From: Styela clava
Taxonomy: Eukaryota
NCBI RefSeq assembly: GCF_964204865.1
Contig: NC_135250.1
Span: forward strand, 5,332,001-5,396,000
Reading direction: 5' to 3'
DNA: 64,000 bases
Shown: positions 38,501 to 51,300 of the stretch, piece after piece
How positions within the stretch are numbered: position 1 is the stretch's first letter
Layout of the letters: each line of letters begins with the position of its first letter
Notes under the pieces: generated by a model
The model's input: only the letters and a program-made list of their open reading frames with translations
Told to the model about the DNA's origin: nothing
The model's database searches: none
Made by a program: the position numbers and the translations under genes

Positions 38501-41473
38501 AATTGTAATTTATGACTTAACATCTGCGGGAAATTTGTAGGATGTAGAGATATACTGCTCATTGACGTTTTCACGTCGATTCACTTGGACATGAAATGGA
38601 CCTATGGATCAGTTTGGGTACTCCCAAAGTATGTGAACCGAGATGGCGGGTACCGGAACATAGTATGTGTACCAGGTTAAGGTTAGGCCATAATAATTTC
38701 AGGTACAAATACTACGGGAGTCACTTGGCTAGTCCCCGTTATCAAAATTATAAATTGCGTACCGTGCTATGGTTCCGCGATCACATCTCAGGGATTTGGT
38801 GGTCAGACTACCGGTATTGTAAAATATTTGATATTATTGTGATGCTCACTTGTTATAAAGAACAATATCCGGAAGCCATATCCTTTTCGATGGAAGTCGA
38901 ATTTTTTCCAATCCATCGTATTTCTTTGGATTCCAGTACAGGTTTGCGTCAACCCATTCCTAAAATATTAGCAAAGAATTTTTACATGATTTTCCATTTT
39001 TAGTTTCAGTTTGGAAAAATTAAAAAAAAAACTATTCGCTTTTTCTAGTTGATCTTCATTACTTATTATTCTTCTACTACCTTAAAATTTTATGTGGCAT
39101 TGAGGGAGTTCGAATTGCATGAGTTTATGTACCATTAACGGCGTGAAAGCGCAGTGGCGTAAAATTGCACTCATGACAAAGTTAAATAATGCGTCCCTCA
39201 AATAAAAAAATTTTAACTACTGTTGTTGGAGTAATATATATTCACGTTAATTATTTTATTAAAAAAAAGAGTTTTATGTATCCCAATTTGAAATTATTTT
39301 ATTGAAACATTTTACGATTAAAACCTTCGCCCTTTTTGCGCTCTTGTCCAAACGGCGCACATAGCACGAGTCATGAATGCCATACTAAAATGTAAACACC
39401 CTGAAATAAAAAGCTGGGGAACATACTGTATCAATAGCTTCTTCTATAAGGCCATATTCGGAAATGAAGGCTTGTTTGAGCGTCGTATGAAAAGTAAAAA
39501 AATTGTATTTGCGATTGACAAAGTGTCTGAATTACACTTAAATATCTGTAAATTATTCCTTCGTTTTCAACATACCTGACGTAACCAAAGATATGCAGTA
39601 AGAATCTGATTTCGTTCATCCTGAAGAGAAAAGTAACAAAGTTGATCTAGAATCTAGAGCAGACAAGGCAAACTACGGCCCGCGGGCCAAATCCAGCCCG
39701 TTGGGTAACTCAATCTGGCCCGCCAGATGCTTTCACAACTAAACTAAAACCAATTGTTGATGTTTTAGCAAAAAATAGCTTAAGGAATTTGTTGGGATTG
39801 CGATCAAGTTGAGTTGGCACGAGTCTTATCGTTTTCCAATCTTGCTTTTGTAAAACTGTGAATATTGTCCATAAAATGTAACTTTTACCTCATACTTACA
39901 TGGCCCGCCAGTCTAGATGGGCAAACTTTTTGGCCCCCCGGTCCGAAAACCTTGCCCACCCCTGCTCTAGGTCTAGAGTATCTGTTTTTAGTTTTTCAAC
40001 GTGGAATGCTAAAATAAATGGCTATTTTGACGGGTGATCAGTTCGGCAGATTCGCAAATGTTCTCTTTTGCAACGTAGAACTATAGCCCATCCACCGCCG
40101 TAATACTGAAATATATGTTGTTGCAACACATTCCAAAAAATCATTCGATACTCTTTAGGGTTCAGCGATGTAATTTCCATCACATGTATTTAATTATACA
40201 CATAAAATTAGAAGAAGTTGCAGAAAATTGCGATATTTATTGGCACAAAATGTATGATTATAAAAAAGCTCTGCACTAAATCGCTTTAAACGGACTACTT
40301 CCTTTGGATATATGTGCAAATACAACAATCGACTGACAGAGCTAAATTAATGAGTGAAATAGTCAAAATGGTTTTCCAACTTGTCGAAATAATATATTAA
40401 TTGAGTGAAATATTTATTTTGCAAACGAAACAATGAATAGCAATTCATTCTCGCGCAACCTCTACTGAGAGAAACAATAAAAATTTGATAACAAAAAACA
40501 TAATATAAATATAATATATTATATTATTGTTTACCCAGTTACTCACAAGTTCTAATATCTGGAACAAGAACACAGTAAAATTTACTGAAACCGCTTCTTC
40601 CGTGTTGTTGACTGGACGAATATCTTTCTTATAAGTCAGGAATAAATCATCTATTAACTTCTTAACATAATTTCCTCTCGCAGATTCCGTTTCTGAATGA
40701 AAACCGCATAAATTGTCCCCATTTTAGTCTAGTGACAAGGGCGTGAGTCGTAGTAAGAGTCGGCAAATGATTAGAGCATGGGTTCTGAAACTGGCGTTCG
40801 CAACGGTTCAACTTCTCACTAATTCATAGCTTTACGAAATTAAAAATTATGAAAGAAATGACGATATATTTGCAAAATACCGCAAAATAACGAAAAAATA
40901 TACTGTATATTAAATTTCGATAGTAAATAGTCGGTTGTATGAAAGAGTAAATTATGATTTTGTCATATCCTTTACATTATAAATTAAATTTGGGTTTTGT
41001 CCATTTTTCAAAAGTTTAAATTTTTTTTAGACAAACAATGAAGGGGCCCGCACAGTCCGCTATCAATACAACTTCAAAACTAATAAATATTTGAGGTTTC
41101 GAAAGAACGTTTTACAGCCTCAAAGTAGTGTACAGCCAAAAAACGTTTTATATTTCTAACATTTTATAACGTATTTTATATTCGTACTTTGAATTTGTCA
41201 GAAAGTTGTGTGTCACACCCATTTTAAGATTTTTCTGTTTTAAATACGACCGTCTCACGAAATCATCACAAAATTTGCAATTTTTAAAAATTAATACATT
41301 AGATATTATCTTGATAAATAGGATTATATTTTCAATTTAGAATTTAATTTTGCCGAAATTGGAACAAAATGAGACACCATACCTTTAATTACGTAGAAGA
41401 AAACAAGTATCGTTACCGCAAGACTTGCACTTAGTCCAACCCGTCCAAAATTGTTCTGCACACTAATCCGCAT
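26593..41473 (-). CDS. CHRNA9: Nicotinic acetylcholine receptor alpha subunit, alpha9/alpha10-like (787 aa)
   Basis: 10 phase-consistent exons: 41383-41473, 40547-40692, 39576-39620, 38850-38959, 32970-33185, 32302-32618, 31730-31835, 29308-30225, 28737-28841, 26593-26902. Motifs: [15 protein letters not shown] (alpha9-like), WLPDIVLYN, Cys-loop [15 protein letters not shown], loop C YSCCPDPY (vicinal Cys marks an alpha subunit), M2 [40 protein letters not shown] followed by M4. The symbol denotes the alpha9/10 clade; one-to-one orthology is not established. Confidence 0.93.
28394..28606 (-). mobile_element. Merlin-like MITE type A copy
   Basis: Full-length and close to the family consensus. 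Further A or C copies or fragments at ~3911, 24496, 27432, 30313, 33877, 34823, 38617, 59245 and 61171. Confidence 0.8.
31310..31384 (+). mobile_element. Non-LTR retrotransposon (LINE) reverse-transcriptase remnant
   Basis: 31331-31381 translates to [17 protein letters not shown], a degenerate form of the GVPQGSILGPLLFLIYIND RT motif. Confidence 0.7.
33199..33569 (+). mobile_element. Helentron/HINE-like non-autonomous element
   Basis: Begins ACAAGAGGGCGTTGTTTAAATATATGGGCACG and ends GTGTCCAATAAT, an asymmetric sub-terminal inverted repeat. Matching heads at ~5025, 5729, 12610 (minus) and 63198; tails at 12361 (minus) and 58238. Superfamily assignment is an inference. Confidence 0.6.
39660..39964. 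mobile_element. hAT (Charlie-like) MITE
   Basis: CAG...GGCAAACTACGGCCCGCGGGCC at the start, CTTGCCCACCCCTG at the end, TCTAG-containing flanks. A related degenerate copy lies at ~48540-48735. Confidence 0.7.
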
Positions 41474-42479
41474 TTTCCAAACCTCGCCAATGGTCAATAA
41501 ATAGTCCTGAGATATAATTTAGCACTTTATGGTCAACTTTATCTGTTTGTGTTGCGTCTTTGAGCTACGCAAAGAACGTATGGACGTGCGTCAAACCACA
41601 ATTTGTAAGTGTCCAAGGCCCAGCGTCTAAATAGATTACAGCTCTACCGTAATCTCGTTACGGCATAGCATGCAGGATGCCGCGACTAATATGTGCCATG
41701 CTGCCTGGATCTCAACTTCACTTATTTCTAGCCAAGCAGTAAAAGCGAATAGTACTCTCTCGAAAAAGGCTAAGATCGTGTATCGACCATACGAGGTTCC
41801 CCGGTACCACGAAGTTCGATATTATTGAAGCATAAAGTGGCCACGCTTCATTCAGACATAATTTTATTGAGATCTTTGGTTAAGATAAATACTTTTCTCT
41901 TTATAAAGATTGACTCGTAAAATCGATACACGAAGCCATAATTGATCGCTCGACATGAGAGAGAGGTTGAGGTTTCAAAATAAAATTAGATTTTTTCTGC
42001 TTGGTTGATTTTTTGACGTTTAATAATCATTTACTAATCAAATTCAAAATGCGATATTGCTTAAATAAACGATCAATATCCAATCAAGCAGCAAAAGTTA
42101 TGTATTAATTGAATTAAAATAGTTTACTTTTTGGAACAAAGGTCAGTATGCTCATTGGTTTTAAATTAGCAATTTTGATGATTGATCCGCTTCCAACTAA
42201 ACTTTATCTTATCCACTGGTAAAACAATCGCAACGAAGCACTGATATTCATTCATTTTTTAAGAAATGCCCGAAAAACGAGTTGAAAAAGTTGATAACGC
42301 AATTATTATGGTTTGACACGGGATCATTGTTTCCGAAAATATATTTGTTTATACGGAAAATGCAATCCTACCAATTATTATTTATATACCAAATTTAGAG
42401 TCTTAACTATTTTTGAAATTTGTCCTAATATACAATAAGTTTGAGGCTATTATACTTTTCCAATCAGTCGAATCTGGAG

Positions 42480-43654
42480 TAGAGATGTACCGATGTATCG
42501 GTATCGGGTATCGGTATCGGCAATATCGGCCATTTTTTCGGTATCGGCCATGTATCGGTATCGGTTGAATTAAGGCCGATATTTCCGATATATTTATCTT
42601 TTTGATATGGTCCAGAATGTTTTAAAAGATAAGTTGGAATACTACTTTTTAATTTATTTTTTGTCTGGAGAGATCGTGCGCTATGAGACATACATGTCCC
42701 AACCCCCGCAAAAGAATAGGATTCACGTGTTTTTAGCTATTTATCAGCCAAACTAGTTCAACTAATTTGGCTATTTTTGCTGTCAATTTTTTACATTGAC
42801 ATTTTTAATATTACATAGTAATTATGAAGAAATATATCAACCCAGCACATAACAAAAAGCAACTAGGCGCCCAGTTTTAAATCATACAGTGGAATTGGGG
42901 TCCTTATTAACGGCACAAGGACTTTTGGCACGGCTATAAATGCTGACTGTTTGTCGTCAAGTACGAGTGTCATTTAGTCCGTCGACATCAATAAACCAAA
43001 TTTCGAAATTCAAAATTTATGATAGCAAATAGCAATTGTAAAATATTTTATATTATAAAATAGTGAAGTAAAAAAACATCCTCGACGGTTATAGGTAGGC
43101 CTTCTTTTTGTCGGTGCTGTTTGATATTCTTTCAATTTGGCTTTGACTTATTGCGTCGACGATTACGATTAGCCACGAAAAAAAATATTATTAAAATGCT
43201 TTTAATTTGAACGTAGGACGGCGGCGCTAGAATGTGTGGGTGATATTCGATATTCTTTTAAACTCGAATAACGATATTCGAAGGTCGCGATATTTATATC
43301 AAGTTCAAATTGGACATCCCGGCTTATGAGTTTCAATTGAACACCGAGATTACTAGCCTTACTGTACAATGTATCTTAATCAGTTGAAGCAAACACCAAA
43401 CATCAATTTCATATTATGTGATATATCTTTTTTTTCGATCTGAAATAATGTGTACCATGAACAACGCTCAAAGACCATTGTTTTAACCCGTCTGCCCTAC
43501 ACAGCACACCTAATTAAGTAATAATTACATAGTATCGGTATCGGTAATATCGGCCTTTTTGTAGTATCGGCGTATCGGTATCGGTATCGGCGTTTTTAGC
43601 TGGTATCGGATCGGTATCGGTATCGGCGACAAAAGTGGTATTGGTACATCTCTA
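42480..43654. mobile_element. Non-autonomous hAT element (1175 bp) with TATCGG subterminal arrays
   Basis: TIRs TAGAGATGTACCGAT / ATTGGTACATCTCTA; perfect 8-bp TSD ATCTGGAG; (TATCGG)n arrays at both ends; no transposase ORF. Confidence 0.92.
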
Positions 43655-43818
43655 ATCTGGAGCATAAGTCTTGGTACACCAATCTCGCGCAACAAACGTT
43701 TTAAAAAGTAGATTCCAACCATGATGGAAAAGTCGGTTTTAGCTTGAATTACGACATAACATATAACAAAATACTCGGTGGAACCAAACGTTTATTAAAC
43801 CCGTTTACCTGTCGTTTC

Positions 43819-44027
43819 GGCGATCCAGAAGTGTGTGTACCAATTTGTAGGTAACTAATTTTGTTCGCCTACTCCACATCAAGTTGTGTAAAGGGAGCCT
43901 ATGGGCAGGAGGTATATTCACTTGGATAACACAAACAGTCCCCGAACTCGTAATAGGACTAAAATAAGGAAAATCGGAATAAAATTATGGCCTAACTCTA
44001 ACCTGGTGCACATACTACGGGAGTATC
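43819..44027 (-). mobile_element. Merlin-like MITE type A copy
   Basis: Full length; TSD GTCGTTTC/GTAGTTTC (7/8). Confidence 0.8.
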
Positions 44028-44408
44028 GTAGTTTCCATTTACCTACCTGCCAGAAAATTGACTTTAATAAGTACTGAACTGCAAAGAAACGGATTGACGT
44101 GAGATGGGAGCAATAACATCTGCCCATACAAACAATCCACTCACACACTATACACACATCGTTCCATCTATGATATGGTACAATAGAACCAGTATTTATA
44201 GGTTAATTATAAGAATGACGGACCATGTTTCGCCGAAAATAAGACAGTGTCTTTAAATAACGATTGCCGTTGGCGCTATCTTATTAGTCAGCCAATAGAG
44301 CTACAAAATATTTGCTGCAAATCCAATGAGAGTATTGCGTATGACAAAGATTTGACAGGGTAAATTAGTTTGCTCAACATTTATTTTGCCCCGAAGGGGA
44401 TTATTATA

Positions 44409-44617
44409 CAGGGTGCCCAAAAAGTTCCGCCCAATTTCCTAGCATTACCAATTGCAAATTTGAATAAATTTTGTTGTATGATAAATGGGGACGACAACAT
44501 TGAACATCCATAACATCCAATTAGAAACAGGTTGACTATAAATCTTTTTTTAAATAAAAAAAAATAACATTTGATTATGAAGACTTTATTATTGGGCGAA
44601 AGTTTTTGAACACCATG
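44409..44617. mobile_element. Tc1/mariner-like MITE
   Basis: TA|CAGGGTGCCCAAAAAGTTCCGCCCAA ... TTGGGCGAAAGTTTTTGAACACCATG|TA, i.e. imperfect TIRs with a TA TSD. Confidence 0.65.
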
Positions 44618-45674
44618 TATATTTGTCAGAACGGTTTTCGATCAGGGTTCCGCAGAAGCCTGGGTTGTTTGTTTCATCGGTGTGTCCGTGTCAAACCGTT
44701 ATTTTAAATTTTTTTGTGAATATGAGTTGCGTTGCGCGAGACTCTTTTACGATAGATGCTTGCACGATTAATGAATATTTTGTAATTTATTGTCACAATT
44801 TCATTCTTGCCGTGAAAGGCTATTGTGGTCTGCGACCGAAATTTGCCAATATACCGTAATTCCAAAATTGTAATACCGCAAATGGTGTAAATTCGATTCT
44901 AAATTAGGAATATTTTCAATTCAAGTGACGAATATGACAATTCAAAGATTGTAATAATAATTTCATTGCTACATTGCCCTAGTATTCGCGCGTAACGAGT
45001 TATTGTTATCCCTCGGTATGCACGTACGCACAACTTTTTGATTGAGTTCGGCGCCAACAACTTCCTTATACAATATTGTTGATTTGAGAACACGTCAGAC
45101 GATGTTTGATTTGTCAGCTTTAGCAAAAATGTAAAATAACCTTGAATACTCTCATTTCGTGTAAATCAAACAATGATTTATACTACTTGTTTAATCAGGC
45201 TGCATAGTTTTTAGTATATTACGTTCTTTTTGCAAATGCATAACCGCTGTCGATGACGGATACCCGATGTGTTGTCAAAGTAGATGCCAGATTTAATGAC
45301 AGAAAAATTCAAGTAAGTATTTTTCCCTTTAGAGAAGATTAGTCTGGGTTTGTTTGCCAGTGTTATCAAAAATTAACTAGGTGTAAAGTATATCAACCTA
45401 TGTAACATAATATATTCCGGTTAAGGTTTGAACTGGAAGGTGATAAGCACAAAATATTTAGAAAATAATAATTGATTCACAGATCAGGGGCGACTAAAAA
45501 CTGAATTGGCAGTTTGAGGGAGAGACTGCTTATACTGTCGTGCTGGTAAGTTGCTGTTTTTTATTGGGGAGGATTTTGACAAAGTATCAACCGAGCAGAC
45601 GACAGAATGCTTAAAAAATATATTTCAAAATATAGTTTATACCAGCTCATTTCAGGGTGATACTATAGCGTGCG

Positions 45675-45882
45675 GGGTGACCGTACATTTGAACCCATAC
45701 ATTTGCACTCATATATCCGCGGGTTTCCATCTATATGAGAGTGCTAAAATCCATGGGTTAGGGTTAGTATGGGTTCGAATATCCGTGAAAAAAATTTTCA
45801 TATATGCAATAGTATGCAGGTGCAATTGTCGTGGGTTCAAATTATGGGTTCAAATGTACGTGGGTTTAAATGCAATGAAACC
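45675..45882. mobile_element. MITE with central GGGTTAGGGTTAG and repeated GGGTTCAAAT motifs
   Basis: CGTACATTTGAACCCATA is inverted at TATGGGTTCAAATGTACG; degenerate flanking repeat AGCGTG. Confidence 0.6.
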
Positions 45883-46016
45883 AGCGTGAAGTATTCAACA
45901 CTAAGGTTTAAGCATAAAAAGAACCGATATACGCATTTAGTACTTGCTTAATCATATATATCCTTTGTACCGCTAGCCAATGGATAGGTTATTGACACTA
46001 CTAAATTATAGTTACC

Positions 46017-46149
46017 GGATCGTTTGTAGAAAGCCTCCACACCCCTACTGCAAATATGTGAGATTTGAGAAAACATGCCCGCTACGTTTCGATCACTGCA
46101 GATTGCGTTCACCGCGCTAACTTTGGAGCGGGCTTTCTACAAGAGATCC
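46017..46149. mobile_element. 133-bp GG-terminal MITE with perfect 8-bp TSD
   Basis: TIRs GGATCGTTTGTAGAAAGCC / GGCTTTCTACAAGAGATCC; TSD TAGTTACC on both sides. Confidence 0.88.
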
Positions 46150-46198
46150 TAGTTACCTACTTTTATTTTGAATAGAATGTATATGTAATCATATAAAT

Positions 46199-46714
46199 AT
46201 GTCAGATTCGGTTGGAGAAACAACAAGCGGTGGATCTCGAGTTTTAATTTGTGTCGATGGAAGTCACAATGCCGAGCTGGCTTTCAACTATTATGCTGAT
46301 CACTTTCACAAACCAAGCAACGAGATAGTTTTATTGCATGTTGCTGATTTAGTCATTCCACATTCACATCTGTATTATGGAATGGGAGTCGCTATGCCTA
46401 CTGGGTCAACGGAAAGCATGCTTCAATCTGCATTGGAACAGGAACGAAAAAAGCTGAAAGAAATTGAAACAAAGTATCGTACGAAATGTAAGGATGCCGG
46501 CATGAAACATGATTTCATTACCAAGATGAAAGATAATCATGGCGTCGGTGCAACAATTGTAGAAGCCGCGATCAAGAACAACATGACTTTTATCGTAGTT
46601 GGTACTAGAGGATTAGGTTCTATAAGAAGAACAATCCTAGGGTCGGTTAGTGATTATGTTTTACATCACAGCCATATTCCTATGCTTATTTGTCCGAAAC
46701 ACGAAGAAAAATGA
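46199..46714 (+). CDS. Universal stress protein (UspA-like), 171 aa, intronless CDS
   Basis: RVLICVDGSHNAELAF, IVLLHV, and the ATP-binding motif G-x2-G-x9-GS (VVGTRGLGSIRRTILGSVSDYVLHHSHIPMLICP). AATAAA at 46838. Confidence 0.95.
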   Translation: MSDSVGETTSGGSRVLICVDGSHNAELAFNYYADHFHKPSNEIVLLHVADLVIPHSHLYYGMGVAMPTGSTESMLQSALEQERKKLKEIETKYRTKCKDAGMKHDFITKMKDNHGVGATIVEAAIKNNMTFIVVGTRGLGSIRRTILGSVSDYVLHHSHIPMLICPKHEEK

Positions 46715-47109
46715 ATATATGGAAGGAAGATCAAATTTGAATGCACGTGATAATGTATGGGTAGTTTCACCGATTGTGTGGCCGAATGCCATTACTCAAC
46801 TAATTCAAAATTCCTGATTCAACTTCACTAGAGTGAGAATAAATGTTTTAATGTACTGATCAGTCATCGACTTTTCGTAATCGTTTAATGATTTTATTGA
46901 CTTGTAATTGTAATATACATTTTAAATCTGTCGTAGTTACAAATTTGAGTAACACTGAGCAAAATACAGAATTCTATATTCAAAAACTTTACGGCAATTG
47001 CAGATAGATTTGGTTTATTTAATTCACAGTTTTAAGTATCTCAATAAATATATATGTATGAACATAGGATGGTATAATGGCTTGAATTCTCCGTTTTAGT
47101 ACTATTATG

Positions 47110-47222
47110 GGCACCCCGGAAGTATTCTTACCAAGATGAGGCACAACCTGAACAACCCTAACCTGGTACACATACTACGTTCAGGTTGTGGGTCATTTTG
47201 GTACGAATACTTCCGGAGCATT
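47110..47222. mobile_element. Merlin-like MITE type B with 8-bp TSD
   Basis: Palindromic body with internal ACCCTAACC; TSD CTATTATG on both sides. Confidence 0.8.
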
Positions 47223-48326
47223 CTATTATGCGTTGCTTTACTGAATAAAACACTACGGGAAGTGTAAAAAATATCGAATCGACTTCGTTCGACCCGGTGT
47301 GACGTTATGGAAAAATCTAAACATGTATTATAAGCAATTTTTTTAGAGTCAAATGCGACAAGACTGACAACTCGCCAATGATAATTGGTAGGCGAGTATT
47401 CTATCTATGCTGAGTTGTCCGCCCCGCTTCGAGTAGATCTAATAACTAGAGATAAGTCATTTTTCAGGAAATATTTTCCGAAGTACAAACTGGGAACCGC
47501 TGGTCTAATGTATTTCCAAAATCCAAGCGGAATAATCCTACTGACCTACGAGACAAGTTTTTAACCCTTCACATTACAGAAATGCAAGAATTCAGTGACG
47601 TTTTATTTACATACCAATGTGCACAGAAAAACAAAATCACCGGCATTTATAAAATAACGAAAAATTTTATTTTCAAAAAGAAATGTTACAAAACAGCAAG
47701 TAATAAGGCAGTGTGTTATTATTATCATGAAAATCGTCAGTGAAGGAAGGTATGAAGATGAGAGATAGAAGTGGAATTCCCATAAATATGATTGAACCAC
47801 ATTATTTCGCAAGAAAGAATCTCCTTAATTATGACCAACCAAGGAACAGAGAGGTCTATGACTAGGTCAAAATCGACTTTTTCCAAAAGATATTGCAATC
47901 AAATTTTTAATAATAGTCTGATACACAATTGTGCACAGAAGGCACTTAATTGAAAAACCTACTTTTTTCAACTATCCAGCCATGACCAATCTGGTAGTGC
48001 ACTAGCACAGCAGGATTGAGTAATCAGATATGATCAAATGTATAGGGGGGAGTCCATAAAGTCTCGAAAATTTTCAAAATTGCAAATGGAATTTTTTGAT
48101 ACCCTATATTGTTTTGGCCGTGACAGATGTATTAAATGAGTAAAGTATACAATAACCGATTAAAAAACAACAAACCTGGTTAAGATATATTGAGAACTGT
48201 CTTCATAACAAGATTGAAATTATAAAGTTCTTTTTTATGAACACCCTGTATATTTTGACTCAGTATCGCTTAAAAGGCAGACTTCTCTGCACAAAGCTTT
48301 TCAACACTACAAGATGTCTTGAGAAT

Positions 48327-51300
48327 TCATTTATTTATTATTTCTTTGAATTGAGCAGCCAACGATTCCACTTTTGCTTTCAAACTTTCATTCTTCTGTC
48401 TCAAATCGTCAAATAATGGGAGAAATTTCTGAGAAAAATATTTTGATGGTAATATTATTTCTAATTATTATAGAAAAGGTTTTTGGACCAGGAGCATCTG
48501 GACTAGCGGACCATGAAAGCGTGACGTGAAAAATTCGATTTTATGAACAAAGTTTGCAGTGTTACAAAAGCTAAAGCGGAAAACAATAAGACAAAACTAA
48601 ATTTAATCGCAATCTCAACAAATTCCTTGAGTTGTTTTTGTAGCTAAAACATCAAAGTTTGGTCTTAGTTTGATTGTGACATCACAGGAAGGCCTGATTG
48701 AATCATTCAACAGGCCATAGTCTGCCCATGACAGTTCTAGTCTCTCACAAGGTTATCTCAGTCTGAATATCACTGGTCTAGTCTCAAGATAAGATGCAGT
48801 TGCTAACCGGACACATAATTTAATGCAGTCAGTGATGATTACTTGCGAATTCAATTGCTTGTCTTGAGACCAAGATCTTGTTTTAGGAAATATCAATCCT
48901 GAAATAAACTATGTGGTTTAAAAGTTTTAAATCACTGTTCCTGCTACAGCATTCTTGCACAACATACATACGGATCTAGTAGTGCAAAGACCATGAAGGA
49001 AGGATAGAAGTTTGTCTTGTGCAACCCGGACTGATAAGCTAAAAGTAAAATGTCCATTTGTTTTACCTCGTTGGTCTTTCTGATATCACTGTAAAACGTT
49101 TTTACTATTTCATCAATTTTTGATTTTTGCGACAAACACATTTCAGAAATTCTTATCAGTGATTCATCCATTTCATCTTCTTCTCTCTCGTTTCTTAGTT
49201 CAGTGGTTCTCAATCTAGAATACAAAAATTTATACAATGAAGCAGTGAAAAGCTGACTTGTGTAACAAGCAAGGCTAGGGTGCCATCAAAGTCGGCAGTT
49301 TGGCATGTTTGCACTGGAGTCGAAGTTTGAATTCTGAATTAATCCGAGTTAAGATTTTTATACTTTAAACCAGGGGTGTGCAACCTGCGGCCCGCGGGCC
49401 AAATGCGGCTCACAAGGAAAAATTTAAAAGATGATATTTTCCGAAGATGTTGAAATTTTCTGAAAAAACTCAAGTCATAGGCCACGTTCCCTTTAATCTG
49501 CACAGCTTGCCGAGAATCCCCGCGCAGTACTCTCGTTCTGCCGCTGACTGCATAAGTATTAAAATGTTGTGTTCTTTTCTATTTTTTCTAAGACCTTTTT
49601 TTTGGAGCTCACATGGCCTTCTGTTTCGCGCAACTAAGCTCTTAGAAGGAACGTTGGTCATAGGCCTCAAGTTTACTATTTTCTAGTAAAGGAGGCTCGC
49701 ATACATTTTTACACCCTGGGTGATGAGGTAAAGAATTTTAATCTTAGAATTTTGTAGGTTTATCACCGAAATACTAATTATAGAAGTCTTAAACTTTAAA
49801 TTATCATAATATTATTACATTTTGAGTTTCATTAAAATTGCATTCGATACATATGAAATACGAACGATTACAGCAGAAATAAAACCTTGGCTTACTTCTC
49901 TCTCTCAATCTTAACTTGAGCTTTAACATCTTCAAGTGAGAGTGAGTTCATTGTTTTCAAACTCTGAATATCTTCCTTTAACCTTTCAAGATCTTTTCTT
50001 TGTTCCTCCTCTGCTTTGTCAAAATCCTGCAAATCAAGATCAAACGGGTTTATTCCCTAGCTTGACCGAGAATGTGTCACAGTTTTAATGAATATTAGAA
50101 AAAGGAGAGGCCCAAAAACTGGTCCCTGAGAGACTCCACAAGAAATTGGGTATTCGAGGCAGCGCTGGCCATCAACAACCATAATGATTTAGAGATCAGA
50201 GAGAAATGATTTGATGATGGGAAACATCTAACTGGATATACCAAAGGACAGTGGTTATCAAAGGGTAGGGCGAGCCCCACAACCACAACGAGGACGTAGA
50301 CATTTTTTCAGAGGGGACGTGTAGCTAATTCAAAATATGTGTTAGATTTAATCTTGCCCGCCCTATTTTGGATATTCACATTCATTTATTTTGGGAGTTT
50401 TGCATTCCATCCTCATATTTTCAACATGTTTTTTGAATAAGACAGGGAGCGCAGTTTAAGAACCACTGCCATAAGATCAATTTTTGTGCTGGAGTCGTGC
50501 CTATCCTATTTCTGAGTGTAAGAAAATCCTATTTACAATCTTTTGTTGTTCTTCTTCATCCTTTAATTTTTCGAGTTGTTGCGAAACATTTTCTTTTGAT
50601 CGTTTCTGATCCATAATCTGTTCTTTCAACTGGAATTAGAAAGGAATGAGTTTATTAAACCTATTCAGACTTCAAAAATAAGTAGGCAAGAGAGCGAAAT
50701 GAATTACCAAGAACTACTGGTACGGAAAAGGAAGGAAGCGATGAATTATGTAATAGTAATTACTGATTGGTGAAAAATTCCAAACCAGACAGGGGCGCAG
50801 CCAGGATTTTCAAAAAGAAGTTTCAAAACTAAATATCATCGTTGTCATGGCACCAGACATACTTATGTTGAGGGAAATTTGCCATTCAGAATGAATAAAC
50901 AACGACGACGTAAATGTGTTTACAGCCTGAATAACACATCACGCTGACAAAAACAATCAGCAATTTTAGCTAAATGCAATCGCACATGTTATTAGCGACT
51001 TTTTTCAGTCTTCCAAAAGGAGCGTGGTTGGGGAGGTCGATCTTAAAAAAAACTGGCTGAGCACCTGAAACAATTCAGGAAAAGAACATTGTTTTGGGTA
51101 TAAAGAAGATTAAATAACAAACCTGTTCTATGATAGTAGCATTATGATGTCTTTCCTGCTGTAATCTGCCAACATCCTTCAGAAACGAACCTTTCATAGC
51201 AATCAATTTGGGCTGAAATGAAACAAATGAAAATACTGTAAAAATAATATTCGCGATATAAAAAACTTTTGAACACAATAGGGTACTCCCGTAGTGTGTG

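Noticed and set aside
42464-43722. IPIPIP/DTDTDT low-complexity ORFs
   Set aside because: Translations of the TATCGG subterminal arrays of the hAT element.
46199-46714. Bacterial contamination as the source of the USP gene
   Set aside because: It is flanked by host MITE families and spliced genes, has host-like composition and a poly(A) signal, and lacks prokaryotic operon context.
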